64,000 nt of DNA from Diplonema japonicum (taxonomy: Eukaryota > Protista > Euglenozoa: Diplonemea), in assembly GCA_964019335.1 (NCBI GenBank), contig OZ025748.1, forward strand, positions 1-64,000. Reading direction: 5' to 3'. Positions 22,511-34,735 of this stretch are shown piece after piece (positions within the stretch are counted from its first letter, which is position 1; each line of letters starts with the position of its first letter). A program made the translations under genes and the position numbers. The notes beneath the pieces were generated by a model. That model was not told the DNA's origin. It did not search any database and saw only the letters and a list, made by a program, of their open reading frames with translations.

Positions 22511-23158
22511 GTGCACGTAAGAGGAGATCGTTCTGAAAGGATGGCTGTCATGCTGTGTCACGATTTGACATACAGGCAGCTGGTCTACCGGACACTGTGT
22601 GGGGCCTGTCATGAAGAGTGTGGGAGTAGAAACGAGTTGATGCGGCACCTCGAAAGATGCCCCGATCACAGATTTGAAAGAGAGGAAGAGGCCGGAGGGG
22701 AGGAAACCCAACTGTTTTGTCGCATCCCCGCCAATGTGCTTGCAAAAATTCTAGTCTTCTTACGAAAACGAACCCTAATAAGGATCAGCAGGGATCTGGG
22801 CAGCATAAGGTTCGGTCTGGGCGCTGCAGGTGCACTTCTTGGCCACACTCCTGAACACTTCTGGAAAGCAGCCCTCCTGCCACTCCTCTCGAATCAGTTT
22901 ACTGCATCATCGTCATACATGTGGGCCATTCCCTTGCACCGTGTGAGATGTAAGACACCGAACTTGGCATTGTGCACCTCGGGGCACACCTTGCACCTGA
23001 CAACGGGATCTTCTGTTCATGTAACTGCCCATGTAAGCTCCCCTACCACGGGGTGGCATGCGTCCCACTCTTGGTTCACACAAACCCGCTGCACCACCGA
23101 GCTACCGATCCCTTGCACGGACCCTTTGCTCTTAATCGTCACAGTGGAAGAAAGTTAG
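22511..23158 (+). CDS. Hypothetical protein with C2H2-like zinc finger and F-box-like segment; start uncertain
   Basis: CGACHEECGSRNELMRHLERCPDH; LFCRIPANVLAKILVFL. Confidence 0.55.
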   Translation: MHVRGDRSERMAVMLCHDLTYRQLVYRTLCGACHEECGSRNELMRHLERCPDHRFEREEEAGGEETQLFCRIPANVLAKILVFLRKRTLIRISRDLGSIRFGLGAAGALLGHTPEHFWKAALLPLLSNQFTASSSYMWAIPLHRVRCKTPNLALCTSGHTLHLTTGSSVHVTAHVSSPTTGWHASHSWFTQTRCTTELPIPCTDPLLLIVTVEES

Positions 23159-23261
23159 TAGCATTTTTTCTTCTTTTTTTGTTGTTAGTTCTTTTCCCTT
23201 CCTTTTTTTTTGTACAACATAACTACACTCCACAGTGATCAAAAAAAAAAAGAAAAGAAAA

Positions 23262-24590
23262 ATGCCGCAAAAGGTGTTGGTGCTCGGTGCGGGTCTGGTT
23301 GTGAAGCCCCTTGTTGCCTACCTGGACAGGCACGGTTACGAGGTGACCCTCGGAAGCCGTGGTCTGGAGAAGGCGCAGAAGGTTGTGGAGGGGACCAAGG
23401 CCAAGAGCGTGAAGATCGATGTTGAGCAGAAGGAGGACCTGGCCGTGCTGGAGAAGCACATCAAGGAGGTGGACCTGGTGATCTCTATGCTCCCCTGGCT
23501 GCTGCACACCACCGCCGCGAAGATGGCGATTGGGAACGGGAAGCACTTCCTGACCACCTCGTACCTGTCGGCCGCGATGAAGGAGATGGACGCCGAAGCC
23601 AAGGAGAAGGGGCTCATCATGATCAACGAGTGCGGTGTGGACCCCGGTACCGACCACATGTCTGCCTCGAGGGTTATGGACGCGCACAAGGCCAAGGGAG
23701 GCAAGATCACCTCCTTCACATCCTTCTGCGGTGGTCTGCCCGCCCCTGCCAACAACAACAACCCCTTCGGGTACAAGTTCTCATGGGCCCCGCGTGGTGT
23801 GCTGCTCGCTGCCAAAAACGCCGCGAAGTACTACGAAGGCGGTGACCTCAAGGACGTCCCGTCTGAGGACCTGTGGAGTGTGGCCAAGAAGATGGACGTG
23901 AAGGGCTTCAGCAAGCCTTTCGAAGGTGTTCCCAACAGGGACAGCACACAGTACAAGGAGATCTACAACCTTCCTGACATCAAGACGCTGCTGAGGGGAA
24001 CCTTCCGTTACGCGGGGTGGGCGGACATCCTTCTGTCGCTGGTGAAGTTGGACATGCTGGACCTGACCGAGGGTGAGATCGACATGACGTACAACCAGAT
24101 GATGCTGAAGCAGGCTGGCGGCGAGGGTGATGCGAAGGAGGCGGTTTCCAAGAAGGTGGGCCACCCTGTCGACGGTGAGGTGATTGCCGCCATGACGTGG
24201 CTGGGCCTCTTCACGGACGAGAAGGTGCAGGCAAAGACAAGGCTCGACTCCGTGTGCGAGCTGATGAAGATGAAGAACGAGATGGAGTACGCAACGGGTG
24301 AGAAGGACATGATTGTCATGAAGCACACCTACGAGGTGGAGTACCCTGACAGGACGGAGTACCTTTCCACCCAGCTTGTGGACTACGGTCTCGACGACGG
24401 TACTACATCCATGTCCAGGACTGTGGGCCTCCCTGTTGCCATCGCAGCCCGTCTTGTCCTTGAGGGCAAGATTGCCCTTACCGGTATCCAGATCCCCATT
24501 GTGTCTGAGATTTACAACCCCATCCTTGACGAATTGGCAAAGGAGAACATTATCTTCGAGGACAATGTTGACAAGGTGGTCAAGAAGTAA
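23262..24590 (+). CDS. LYS9: Saccharopine dehydrogenase (L-glutamate-forming) / saccharopine reductase
   Basis: VLVLGAGLV, TTSY, NECGVDPGTDHM, SFCGGLPAP..NNNPFGYKFSWAPRG, PNRDS, RGTFRY.GW, MSRTVGLPVAIAA, YNPIL.EL. Confidence 0.95.
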   Translation: MPQKVLVLGAGLVVKPLVAYLDRHGYEVTLGSRGLEKAQKVVEGTKAKSVKIDVEQKEDLAVLEKHIKEVDLVISMLPWLLHTTAAKMAIGNGKHFLTTSYLSAAMKEMDAEAKEKGLIMINECGVDPGTDHMSASRVMDAHKAKGGKITSFTSFCGGLPAPANNNNPFGYKFSWAPRGVLLAAKNAAKYYEGGDLKDVPSEDLWSVAKKMDVKGFSKPFEGVPNRDSTQYKEIYNLPDIKTLLRGTFRYAGWADILLSLVKLDMLDLTEGEIDMTYNQMMLKQAGGEGDAKEAVSKKVGHPVDGEVIAAMTWLGLFTDEKVQAKTRLDSVCELMKMKNEMEYATGEKDMIVMKHTYEVEYPDRTEYLSTQLVDYGLDDGTTSMSRTVGLPVAIAARLVLEGKIALTGIQIPIVSEIYNPILDELAKENIIFEDNVDKVVKK

Positions 24591-24607
24591 GAGTGAGGAA
24601 CAACGGG

Positions 24608-24651
<44 letters not shown>

Positions 24652-25290
24652 AAGATATAGACCTCCTGCAGTAACAGCGGATGGGCAAACCCCTCTTTTA
24701 TCTTCTCCCCCTTACCTCCGTATTCCCTTTGTCTTCACAAAAAAGAAGGCAACATGAAAAAAGAAAAAGGAAAAAATAATGCAGGAACTCAAATCCGGCT
24801 AACGCATGCCAACGGGGGTGAGTATGTTACTGTATTTATTTTTTCCCTCTTTTTTTCTTTTTTTTTATTGACCCGTCTCTCTCTCTCTCTCCCCCCTCCC
24901 CCCTCCCTTTTTATCCGAAAAGGGATGTGTTTCAGCGTTTGGTGTTTTTCTTCGATTTTCAATATATAAAAAAAAGAACTGCGCTTTTATTATATTTTTT
25001 TCTTATTTGGAAGAAAAAAAAAAGAAAGTCGCATCACCAAAAGAGTGTGTGGATGGCGGGAACAAAAAAAAAGGTGGAAGGAAAGTAATTTTCCCGCCCT
25101 TTTCTTTTTTCTTTTCACCCCCCCCCCCCCCCCCCTCGCATTTGCAGCTACCGCTCTTTGCGCGGCGCGAATAAAAAAAAAAACCAACCCCTCCAACAAC
25201 GAAGTCTTCTTTCTTTTTCTCTTCAATAAAAAAAAACCTACTTTTTTCCCCCCCCCTTTCTCTCTTTTTATCTATCGAAAAAGGAACAAG

Positions 25291-27686
25291 ATGTCGGGCG
25301 TGAGGACGGTTGCGACAAAGGCGGTGGTGTACGCCCCTTTGGACGAGGCCATCCCGCTGCTGCCGGGGAACAATTTCCATGACGACCCCTTCAACAGGAG
25401 CACGCTCAGGAAGAGCCACCAGCTGGGAAGATCCAACGCACAGGCAGAGTTCGTACCGCCCACCGAGTACTCCGCCCTGAACAACCCGATGGGCTTCACA
25501 CGAGACAACCTGTCCCCTCACATCCGCGGGGGAAAGCTCAGCAACGACGAAATCATGGCGCAATGGGCTGAGGTCGACAAGCCTTACACCTTTCTAGGGT
25601 ACTTCAAAGAAGCAACATGCGAGTCACGTGACGAGGAATACCGCATACGGAAGGTCTCCATCACGTACTACGAGAACGACGGCACTGTGTGCATCAGGGA
25701 GGCAAAGACGCAAAACAGTGGCGCCATGAACAGCGTCCACGGTGGGGGAGCCTTTCTTGTCAAGCGGCATAAGCTATACGAAAGCAACGGCGAGCAGATC
25801 ACGTTGGAGGACATCCAAATCGGCGAGGATTTCGAGTGCTACGGGAAGGTGTTCAAGGTCATCGACTGCACAGAACGGACACGCATCAACCTCCAGAACA
25901 AAGGTTGGGTCCTTCGCGACCCGCTGCCCTACCCGGAGGACGAGGACGTGCACCAGAAACTGAACAACAACAGGATGATGATGAAGGGCGTGCGGCACCT
26001 CACCACCGATGCCATGGACGTCAAACGGCAAGCGGAGTTCGCTGTCGCTGGTCGATTCACCAAAACACGACCGGAAGCCATACGCGCGGCACAGCAGTAC
26101 CTTGCAACAGATGGCAACAAACACCTGACATTCAAAGTGTTGTGGGACGACCGGGGGGAAGCAAACGGGGACTGCAGGCTGCTGTCGTTGAAGTACCACC
26201 TTGAAGACGACACCTTCGAAGTCTGCGAGTCGAGGGTTCACAACAGCGGAAGGGATGGCGGTGGAAAGTTCCTCTGCAGGCAGAGGCTTCCCTTGGACCC
26301 ATCGGCACCACAGGTCGTGCAACACAACACGTACGGCGTGCTCCTGCAAACAGGCTTCATCACCTACAAGGACATACACATCGGGAAGACTTACCAAGTA
26401 CATGGCAAGAGCATGATTGTCTACGACGCTGACTCCTTCACGAGGAACTGGTACAAACAAAACCACACGGAACTGGCTGAGAAAGTCGACGTGGACCCGG
26501 TAGTGCGAAGGGACGAGAAGCCGGAAGTGAAGCACTACCCACCACCACACAACGGGCTCGGGACAGAAGAAGACAGCTTGGGAAACTGGAAGAACCTGAT
26601 GCTGAAACCTGTGAAGAAAGATGTGCAGCGGACACTAACAGAGGGGCATGTCGTGCACCGCTACAAAGCGGTGCTGCACGAACCGTCTGCGGAAGAGGAC
26701 GACAACAGGACCTTCGTTGTGAACTACCACGTGGTGCCGCAGGAGTTCGAGATCATGGAGAACTCGGTGCGCAACTCAGGGATCGTGTCCGGGAAATTCC
26801 TAGGGAAGACGAAGCTGTACAAGGACAGCCCAACGGTGCCAGGGAAGAAGGTGCCAATCACGGAAAACGACCTGCACGAAGGAGCAATCCTCCCGGTGTT
26901 GGGGAGGAGGTTTAGGTTGTTACAACTGGACGCTCGGAGTGTGAAATATCGCGACGGGATTGAAGACGCGCCTGACGTAGAGAGGGTGAAGCGTTTGATC
27001 GTGGAGATGAAGGACCTGTTGAACCAGAAACACGAGAAGCTATCAGTTGCGCTGAAATGCCTCGCCAGCAACGGCCGTGTGACTGTGGCGGACTTGGAAC
27101 GCTTTTTCAGGTCGAAGAACCAGCCGATCAGCAGGAAGGAGGCCAAGACCATTCTCAACCACTTCGACACCAAGGGGCAGGGCTTCATCGAGTTCTCGGA
27201 CTTTGTTGCAATGATGGAAGTGGCATGCTCCACACGGCTGGATGCCGCCAGCAACCGTGCTACAGCAGTCAACCTCTCCTGCATCGACGAGACAGAGCAC
27301 TCTGCCGCTGACACCTCAAACCTCTCCGTCCCCGATGAGCAACTCAAACGCCGCACACTGTCGATGCTGAGAGACAAGTTGCTGCAACGCAGAATGCGGC
27401 AGCAAGAAGTCTTCAGACTGATGGTATATTGCCAGGGGGAAGGATTAAAAAAAAAAAAAAAAAACAGGCTGGACACCAGTCCGATTCTCGCTTGGATGTA
27501 AAAGAGTTTGAATACGGAATGAAGAACGTGCTGCACTTGCAGCTTACAGACATTCAGTGCAAGATTCTTGTTGACACATTGTTTGGTATGTTGTGTGAGC
27601 AAAAGAAAGGGGGGGAAATAACACTCCCGACAGAAGGAAGAGATAAAGTGACGTTCCGCGATTTCAGCGTTTTCCTTGAAGGGTGA
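25291..27686 (+). CDS. EFHC1: EFHC1/Rib72-like axonemal protein (three DM10 domains plus EF-hand); intron 27424-27467
   Basis: LPGNNF.D, three DM10 repeats with E....NSG...G.F..R/K, PPHNG.GTEEDSL, EF-hand FDTKGQGFIEFSDF. The intron joins the ORF 27429 frame. Confidence 0.9.
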
Positions 27687-27890
27687 GCAACCCTGTCTTA
27701 TCTGTTATATTTTTTTTCTCCACACACCCACATACCCCCCCCCCCCCTTTTCTTATGTGAATATTTTTTCTTTAGTTTCTTCGGGAAACACCACACACCA
27801 CGCAGCCCCCCTTTTTTTTTGTATGCAAAGCTTTCCAAAAGTCTCATTAGAAAAAGGAGGGAGGTATAAAAAAAAAAGGGAAACAAAATA

Positions 27891-28223
27891 ATGACGAAGG
27901 CAGGCGCGCCACGGGAATTCATGAAGACGAAGAAAACGAGAGAAGAGCGATTGTCCGCCATGAAGAACGTAACAAGAGCAGTGTTGAGAAAAAACAGGGA
28001 TCAATTACTGACCGCGCTGCGACAGGGGAACGGGGGGAGTGCGAAGGCTTCAGCAACACAAATGGTCATCGACCAGCTCGAAGGAGATGTGGATGTACAA
28101 GAAGCACTGGAGATGGAGAAAGCAATCGAAGAAGAACTAGCGAGAATCGAAAAGGAGTACGCGGCGACATACGAGTCCTACGGGGTGGACAGCGAGATAG
28201 AACACTACTCCCAAATGTGTTGA
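27891..28223 (+). CDS. Small hypothetical protein (110 aa), weak resemblance to RPA-interacting protein N-terminus
   Basis: Clean ATG-to-stop ORF with coding-like composition; basic R..R..LL..LR followed by an acidic helix. Confidence 0.6.
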   Translation: MTKAGAPREFMKTKKTREERLSAMKNVTRAVLRKNRDQLLTALRQGNGGSAKASATQMVIDQLEGDVDVQEALEMEKAIEEELARIEKEYAATYESYGVDSEIEHYSQMC

Positions 28224-28349
28224 TGGTTTTTCTTCCGTTTCTTCTCTCTTTTCCCTCTATTTTATAGAACTGATTATTCACCTTGCGGGTACAGCGCTTG
28301 CTTACTTTCTCCCACTTTCTCTTCTTCAACACAGGGGCCCGAAGCCAGC

Positions 28350-29660
28350 ATGTACACCCCCACCCGCCTGCTTTACAACAATTTGTTGATGTCGTCCAGC
28401 TTTGCTTGGGCGGAAGGTGCTGTGGCTGCGATCCTAGCGGTTTCCGCTGCGCTCATCAGCAAGGAAGCCAACTCCGCAGCAGGGCTTGGCCTGTACCTCA
28501 GCTTCTCTGCGGGCACGTTGGTGTCGCCTGTGGTGGTTGTGCGGCTCGGCTTGAAGCCTTCCCTTGTGCTTGGGTTGGTAGGGTTCTCCCTCTTCGCTGC
28601 ATCGTTCATCGTCCCGAAGACGGGTGTCGTGCTCACCGCAGCGTGCATCTCCGGCTTCCTTGGTAGTGTGCTTTGGACCGCGCAGGGCGGCTACTACACC
28701 ACCAACGCTCTCATGCACTCCAAGGTTAGTGATAACTCCAGCAAGACCTCCATCGGCATCATGGCTAGTATATTTGCTGGTGTTTTCCCCCTCGCCCTTA
28801 CTCTTTGCAAGCTCACCTCCTCCTTCATCCTGCAGTCGTCTACCCCTCACCCCAACACCATTATCTACGTGGTCTACACGGCCACTGCGGTTGCCGCCAC
28901 CGTGGCGATGGGGTTCGTGCAAGCCTTCGAGATCCCCGACAACCTCCGAACGGGGCAGGGGTTGGTGGAGAACATAGCTGTGACACTGGCGTCGTTGAAA
29001 GACACGAAGATGCTGTTGATGGTGCCCACGAACGTGGCGTTCGGGCTGGCGACTAGTTACTTCCCGCTTGTGGTGACACCTTTAGTTAGCGAGGTGCATG
29101 GGGCTCACTATGTGGGGTACCTGTATGCCCTCTCAGGGCTGACGTCCTTCGTCTTCGCAATGCCGTTCGCGTGGCTGTCGAACAGAGACAGGTACGGGCG
29201 GAGCACCGTGATGATAGTAGGGGGCTTTGCGTATGTAGTGGTCTTCGCGGTCTCGTGGCTGGTGAGGCCCACGAACACACCTTCCTTAGCAATCATTTTC
29301 ATGTTTTATGGAATAGGGAACACCGTGTGGCAAGGTACGTGCATGGCTGTCTTTAGCGACTACTGGCATGCGGCACCTCTTCCCGCATTTGCCAATCTGA
29401 AGCTCCACTCCGGTCTCGCCTCGTCATTTGGTTACGCGCTCTTCCCCCACATTGCTTCCCCCGTTCCAGAAGTCCTCTGCCTGATCTTTTCCGTTGTGGG
29501 CGTTCTCTGCTACCTTGCTACTCTTCTTCATGTTATTCCCGAGCGTGTCCCTGTGACAGGCCCTGACGATTCAGACATGATACAGATGTCCAACTTGAAC
29601 CTCATCACGCACGACATATTCGCCCCACCACCTCCTCCCGAGCAGGACACTCTTGAGTAG
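28350..29660 (+). CDS. UNC-93-like MFS membrane protein
   Basis: About 11-12 TM helices; Y..F....L.SP.VV.RLGLK, G..GSVLWTAQG.Y, D.KMLLMVP. Confidence 0.8.
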   Translation: MYTPTRLLYNNLLMSSSFAWAEGAVAAILAVSAALISKEANSAAGLGLYLSFSAGTLVSPVVVVRLGLKPSLVLGLVGFSLFAASFIVPKTGVVLTAACISGFLGSVLWTAQGGYYTTNALMHSKVSDNSSKTSIGIMASIFAGVFPLALTLCKLTSSFILQSSTPHPNTIIYVVYTATAVAATVAMGFVQAFEIPDNLRTGQGLVENIAVTLASLKDTKMLLMVPTNVAFGLATSYFPLVVTPLVSEVHGAHYVGYLYALSGLTSFVFAMPFAWLSNRDRYGRSTVMIVGGFAYVVVFAVSWLVRPTNTPSLAIIFMFYGIGNTVWQGTCMAVFSDYWHAAPLPAFANLKLHSGLASSFGYALFPHIASPVPEVLCLIFSVVGVLCYLATLLHVIPERVPVTGPDDSDMIQMSNLNLITHDIFAPPPPPEQDTLE

Positions 29661-29846
29661 TAACTCCATATTTCTTTTTTTTCTTTTTTCCTGTGCCCTA
29701 GTAGTATTGTTCCTTTTTCTTCTTTTTTTTTTTCCCCACACTCTTTTCATTATCCCCCCTTTTTGTTACGGGAAAAGAAAAAGAAAAAAAAAACGGGGGG
29801 AAAAAAGGTGTGGTGGGAGGGGAGACCACATTTTTACCAAAAAGAA

Positions 29847-30937
29847 ATGCTGTTGAGCACAACCATGAGGACGGCAAGAGGTGTGGGGGTGGCCGGGAGG
29901 CGTAAAAGATGGTGCAGCGAGACGGGGATGCAGACGAGGCTGGAGGTGAGGAAGGAGTGGGCGGCAAAAGCGGTGGACTACGTTGGGAAGTATGCGGTGC
30001 TGGGAAAGATAAAACTAACGGGCCTGGTGGCCTTCACAACATCGGTTGGGTTCGCTGCTGCAGGAGGCCCAGTGCTGAGCCTGGCGCACGCAAGCGTGGT
30101 GGGGGGCTGCTTCCTGCAATCAATGTCCGCAAACACCTTCAACCAGATAGCAGAAAAGGACTTCGACAAACTAATGAAACGAACTGACAGACGCCCGATG
30201 GTAAAGGGCACTGTCACACCCTCAGAGGCACGGGCAGTGGGGAGCCTGGAGCTCACAACAGGCACAGCAATGCTGTACGCCGTCGACCCCACATCGGCTG
30301 CACTGGGTGTTGCATGCTGGGCTTTATACGTTCACTGCTACACACCTATGAAACGGGCACACTGGTTGAACACATGGGTGGGTGCTGTGGTGGGTGCGCT
30401 GCCACCGATGATGGGCACTGTGGCTGCTGGTGCCGGGGTGCTTTCCCCGATTTCTATCTTCTTAGGCTCCTTTTTGTATTTCTGGCAGATCCCGCATTTC
30501 ATGTCTCTGTGCTACCTTAACAGGAGAGACTACAAAGCGGCTGGCTTCCAGATGCTTTCCTCCATCGACACCAAGCGTGCGGGTCTCTTCTCCATCAAGT
30601 ACGCCGTCTACACCACAGCCGCTGCGACCGCCATGCCCTTGTGCTATGGGCTTGCCTCGCCTTTTTTTGTGGCCGAGTCCCTGGCCTTCGGGTCGTATTT
30701 CGTCTACGCCTCTTACCTCTTCCACCAGGAGCCTTTGAAGAACGCTAGGAAGCTGTTCTTGATCTCCATTTCCTACCTGCCTATAGTATGTGGAATGGGG
30801 AAAGAAGGGAGAAAAAAAAAGGAAAAAAAAAAAAAATAATAATAACACAGCTTCTTGTATTGTTCCTGGTGCACTGCCCCGACTTCAATCTTGGTATCTC
30901 GCCCAAGCTTCTTTGTCCGATGGCCACGGAGAACTAG
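29847..30937 (+). CDS. COX10: Protoheme IX farnesyltransferase (heme O synthase); intron 30786-30850
   Basis: ANTFNQ..E...D..M.RT..RP, YTPMKR...NTWVGAVVGALPP, WQIPHF, DY..AG..ML, ARKLF..S..YLP. Splicing restores the last TM helix. Confidence 0.93.
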
Positions 30938-32050
30938 TTCAAAAAAAAAGAAGCAAAAAAAAATGTAGAGACGAAGAAAGGAAGAAGGGGGGGGGGGGGG
31001 GGGAAGGACGATTTTTTTTACTTTTTATTTTTTATTCGACGATTGTTATCTATTTCTCTATGCTTTGGTGTAAAGCTTTTTCTTTCTTTCTTTTTCTTTT
31101 TCTCCCCCCCCCCCCCTCCTCGTTTTTTTTTTACTTTAATCAGTGTCTCGGGAAAAAAAAGGGAAACAAAATGTTTTGATGGGGACATTCTTATTTTCCC
31201 CCTTATTAATATCTCAGTTGGTTTCTTTGGTCGGTTACGGAAATATTAGAAAGAAAAAAAATTGCAAAATAAAAAAAAAGAAAAAAAAAAAAAAAAAAAC
31301 TACCACGTTTATTTATTCATTGTTTCTGCCCCTTTCTCAACCCCCCCCCCCCCCCCCGTATTCTTTTTATGATGAGCAGAAACAATTTTTGTAATTTATC
31401 AAAAAAAAAAGGTTGTATAGGTGTTTTACAAATATTCTTTATCAGGTGGAAGAAAAAAGCTTTTTGTTGTTTGTAATCACTTAGGTAGGAGGGGAGGGGG
31501 CCTTGTTACGCCTGTGTGCATTGGAATCAGGTTAAGGGTATCAAAGAACCCGTGACAGCAACCGCAACATGCTGTCGGAAAGGGTTGGGGGTAAAAAAGA
31601 AATACTTCTCCCCCCCCCCCTCTTTTTCTTTTCAATACAGTGTTCCCCACCCTAAAGAAGAAAAGAAGGAAAAAAAAAAATATTCCGGCCACCATCCGTC
31701 ACCTTGCGTAAAGCTTAGTTTGGAACTTTCCTAACACAAAAGCATGTTCGAGTACAAAATCTTTTTACCCCTCCCCCCCCCTCCATCATTTTTCCTTCTT
31801 TTTTTTTTCCCCTTAGAAAAAAAAATAAATAAATCAAGGACACCGGCAAGGGCCTTGTTTTTATTTACAGCCTTTTTTTTGAAGGAAGGGGAAAGAAACC
31901 AGATAGGGCCTGAAGATAACCCCCCCCCCTTTTTTCTTATCGTGCCCTCTTCCTTAGTTCGGTTCTATGTTTTTTTTCCTTCTTCTCACATTTCCCTCTT
32001 AGTGCAATCCTGCAGGAAAAAAAAAAAAAAAAAAAAAAGTAGCAAGAGGA

Positions 32051-33484
32051 ATGGAAAATGTTTTCCCCCGAACAAACCTAGACAGGTACGCCCGGGAGCT
32101 GTCGACAATCGCCGAGGATTTCAAATGGGTCCACCAGTACAGGTTCGTTGAATTCTTTGTGAAGAACTGCTATGATGATCTTCCTAAAGACTGGATAGAG
32201 AGCTTAGAAGAAGAAGACGAACCATCTATACGAGCAATGGTAGGGGGAGGTGTCAAAAAGGACTGGCCGGAGAGCCTCAAAACATTCGTGCAAGATTGTG
32301 AAAGCCTACGCCTGAGGAACAGGAAGGAAATCGACAAACCAAAACAACTAGACACCGAAATGAAACGCACACTCTCAGAAAAAAAGCAACACGAAGTAGC
32401 ACACATGGCAGAGGGCATCCATGAAACCGTAACCCGAACCCCGAAAAAAACAGCGGTGATCCTGGACATCGGCAGCGGCCAAGGGTACCTTCCAACAGTG
32501 CTGGCACATAAATGGGGTTACGATGTGGTAGCAGTCGAAGCTTGTGAAGGCAACGTCAAGAAGGGTGAAGAACGAGAAGCGTTGATCACGCAAAGAAAAC
32601 GAAAACGTGAAGCTCTTACAAATCAAAAGGAAGGCGTTGTGTCTTACCACCCTGCATACCTCTCACCAGACACCACTGCAAGCGAGCTAGACAAGCTGCT
32701 ATCAGCGAAAAACATCCCTCCTACCACGCCCGTCTGCCTCACAGGGCTTCACTCGTGCGGCGACCTCACACCACTCGTCCTTAAGCTCTTCTCAGCGTCG
32801 CCACGGATATCCTCGCTTTCTATTGTAGGGTGCTGCTATTACAAGATGGGGTGGCCGACTCCTTCTGCCTTTCCGATGTCGAAGCCCATGGCTGACCTTG
32901 CTACTTTACTGGGTCCCACAGGCGCACAGTTAGCATGTGAAAACAGCATGCGATGGCCTGTCATGGATGCCCCTGAGTGGCAGCACACCAAAGACCTTTC
33001 TCTTAACAGAGCCGTGTTGGAGGTGGTGCTTCACAGGCTGTACCCCACGCTGGTTGAGTCCATCGGGATCAGAGGTGTGTCAAGGAAGGTGACGAAGCTG
33101 CCTTTCATGGCGTACGCGAAGCATTGCCTTGCAAGGCTGAAGTACCGGCGGCTTGACCTGAGCAACGCAACGGAACCGGTCGACGGCGGGGGGCATGCGC
33201 GGACAGAGGAAGCGTCCGAAGACCTTCCCCCGCCGCTTGTCGACCCTACAGACCTTTACCTCGCTGACACCTACGCCGCATATGCTCCTTCCATGCACCG
33301 GTTGGTCATCTGGCTCACACTCAGGGAGTGTATCTCACCTATCTTGGAAGCGCTCTTCATCGTTGACAGAGCGCTCTACCTCAGGGATGCCCTCCCCGAC
33401 ACTGCCGTCAGCGTGTCCGCAGTGTTCGACAAGCAGGAGTCGCCTCGGAATGTGATGATCAGCGCTGTGAAAGGGAGTGCGTGA
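32051..33484 (+). CDS. METTL25/RRNAD1-family SAM-dependent methyltransferase
   Basis: KKQHEV, LDIGSGQGYL, GLHSCGDL, VGCCY, LEALFIVDRALYL, FD...SPRN. Confidence 0.88.
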   Translation: MENVFPRTNLDRYARELSTIAEDFKWVHQYRFVEFFVKNCYDDLPKDWIESLEEEDEPSIRAMVGGGVKKDWPESLKTFVQDCESLRLRNRKEIDKPKQLDTEMKRTLSEKKQHEVAHMAEGIHETVTRTPKKTAVILDIGSGQGYLPTVLAHKWGYDVVAVEACEGNVKKGEEREALITQRKRKREALTNQKEGVVSYHPAYLSPDTTASELDKLLSAKNIPPTTPVCLTGLHSCGDLTPLVLKLFSASPRISSLSIVGCCYYKMGWPTPSAFPMSKPMADLATLLGPTGAQLACENSMRWPVMDAPEWQHTKDLSLNRAVLEVVLHRLYPTLVESIGIRGVSRKVTKLPFMAYAKHCLARLKYRRLDLSNATEPVDGGGHARTEEASEDLPPPLVDPTDLYLADTYAAYAPSMHRLVIWLTLRECISPILEALFIVDRALYLRDALPDTAVSVSAVFDKQESPRNVMISAVKGSA

Positions 33485-33559
33485 GAAAGAAAGAATAACA
33501 CCATTTTTACTTGTTTCCTTTGTAACTGCAACACATGTAACACGACAACGACAGGTAAC

Positions 33560-34735
33560 ATGGTGCTGCTCGAGAGCTTTGTGTGCTTGGCGATGGCCAT
33601 GAGCTACGACGTGAGCATAAGCAGTACGGGCGAGAAGCTCAACAAGAAGGAGTGGAAGAGCGAGAGGTACGGGAACGGGGATGCGGTGGCAAATGACTAC
33701 CTGTGGACGGAGGGGCTCCTGCAGGTAACAAAGGATCCGGTGATGATCCGACTCATCTCGGAGAAAGCGAAAACATACCTGGGGGAAAAGGTAGACGGTG
33801 TGGTGGGCATCTTCGATGCCAGGCCCGGGTCTTTGATAGGGTCGTTCAAGGCGAGCGAATCTGAAAAAGCACACGTGAACCACCATGCCTTGTTCCTAGG
33901 CAACGGGGACCGCCAGGGACTCTTCCAGTATGAAGGCCACGACACAGGCACCTTCTACGGGCCGCAGTGGGTGTACACGCACGCGGAGTGCAGATCGAAA
34001 AAAAAAGATTGCTACGGAGCGGTCCAGGTGACTAACATTTCAATCCGCACGAAAGCAAAGGATACCATCTCCATAGTCCCGAAGGACGCCAGGGACAAGG
34101 GACCGATCAAGGGTTCCCTGAGGAGCCTGGATCCTGCGATAAGGCTGCCTGCGAAGATGTTCGCGTTGTACGAGGCGGAGAACGCAACGGCAATGGTGAT
34201 ACACTTTGCGGGCGGGATAAACCTGGAGATCCCAACCAAACATTTACAAGTGGCGAAGACAGACTATACTATGGTGACCCTGGGGCAACCGGTGTTTAAG
34301 GTGGCGAACGTTGTGTTTGAAACAGGCAGCGGAGGGCTTCGAAGGAGAGTGGGCTTCAGCCTGCCAAGGACAAGTGTGACGGCTACAGAGGAGTTCAGGT
34401 CGGCAAACGTTGTACTTCTCGATGAGAAGTATCCGGTTGTGGAGATGGGTGTTGGCGGTCCGTGGGGCCCTGTGCAGACAGGTTTCATGGTAGCCATTGA
34501 TACAAACACCAACGACATCGCCATCAAGGAAGGCCCCCACAAGGGTGAGAATGTCCCGCGGCCTTACGTCGGTGGCTTCCGCCACGCCGTTCTCGTCTTC
34601 CTCTGCTTCTTCCCCATTGTTATCTCCCTTGTTCTTAGAGAGGCCAACAGGGCCAGTAGTTCCCCACGCTTGTCTCCCCGTCACGTTGACGTCGATGTTG
34701 AGATGTCAGTTTCACCTTCACATGACCTCGAGTAG
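33560..34735 (+). CDS. Hypothetical type I membrane protein
   Basis: 391-aa ORF with N-terminal hydrophobic signal and C-terminal TM helix. Confidence 0.7.
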   Translation: MVLLESFVCLAMAMSYDVSISSTGEKLNKKEWKSERYGNGDAVANDYLWTEGLLQVTKDPVMIRLISEKAKTYLGEKVDGVVGIFDARPGSLIGSFKASESEKAHVNHHALFLGNGDRQGLFQYEGHDTGTFYGPQWVYTHAECRSKKKDCYGAVQVTNISIRTKAKDTISIVPKDARDKGPIKGSLRSLDPAIRLPAKMFALYEAENATAMVIHFAGGINLEIPTKHLQVAKTDYTMVTLGQPVFKVANVVFETGSGGLRRRVGFSLPRTSVTATEEFRSANVVLLDEKYPVVEMGVGGPWGPVQTGFMVAIDTNTNDIAIKEGPHKGENVPRPYVGGFRHAVLVFLCFFPIVISLVLREANRASSSPRLSPRHVDVDVEMSVSPSHDLE

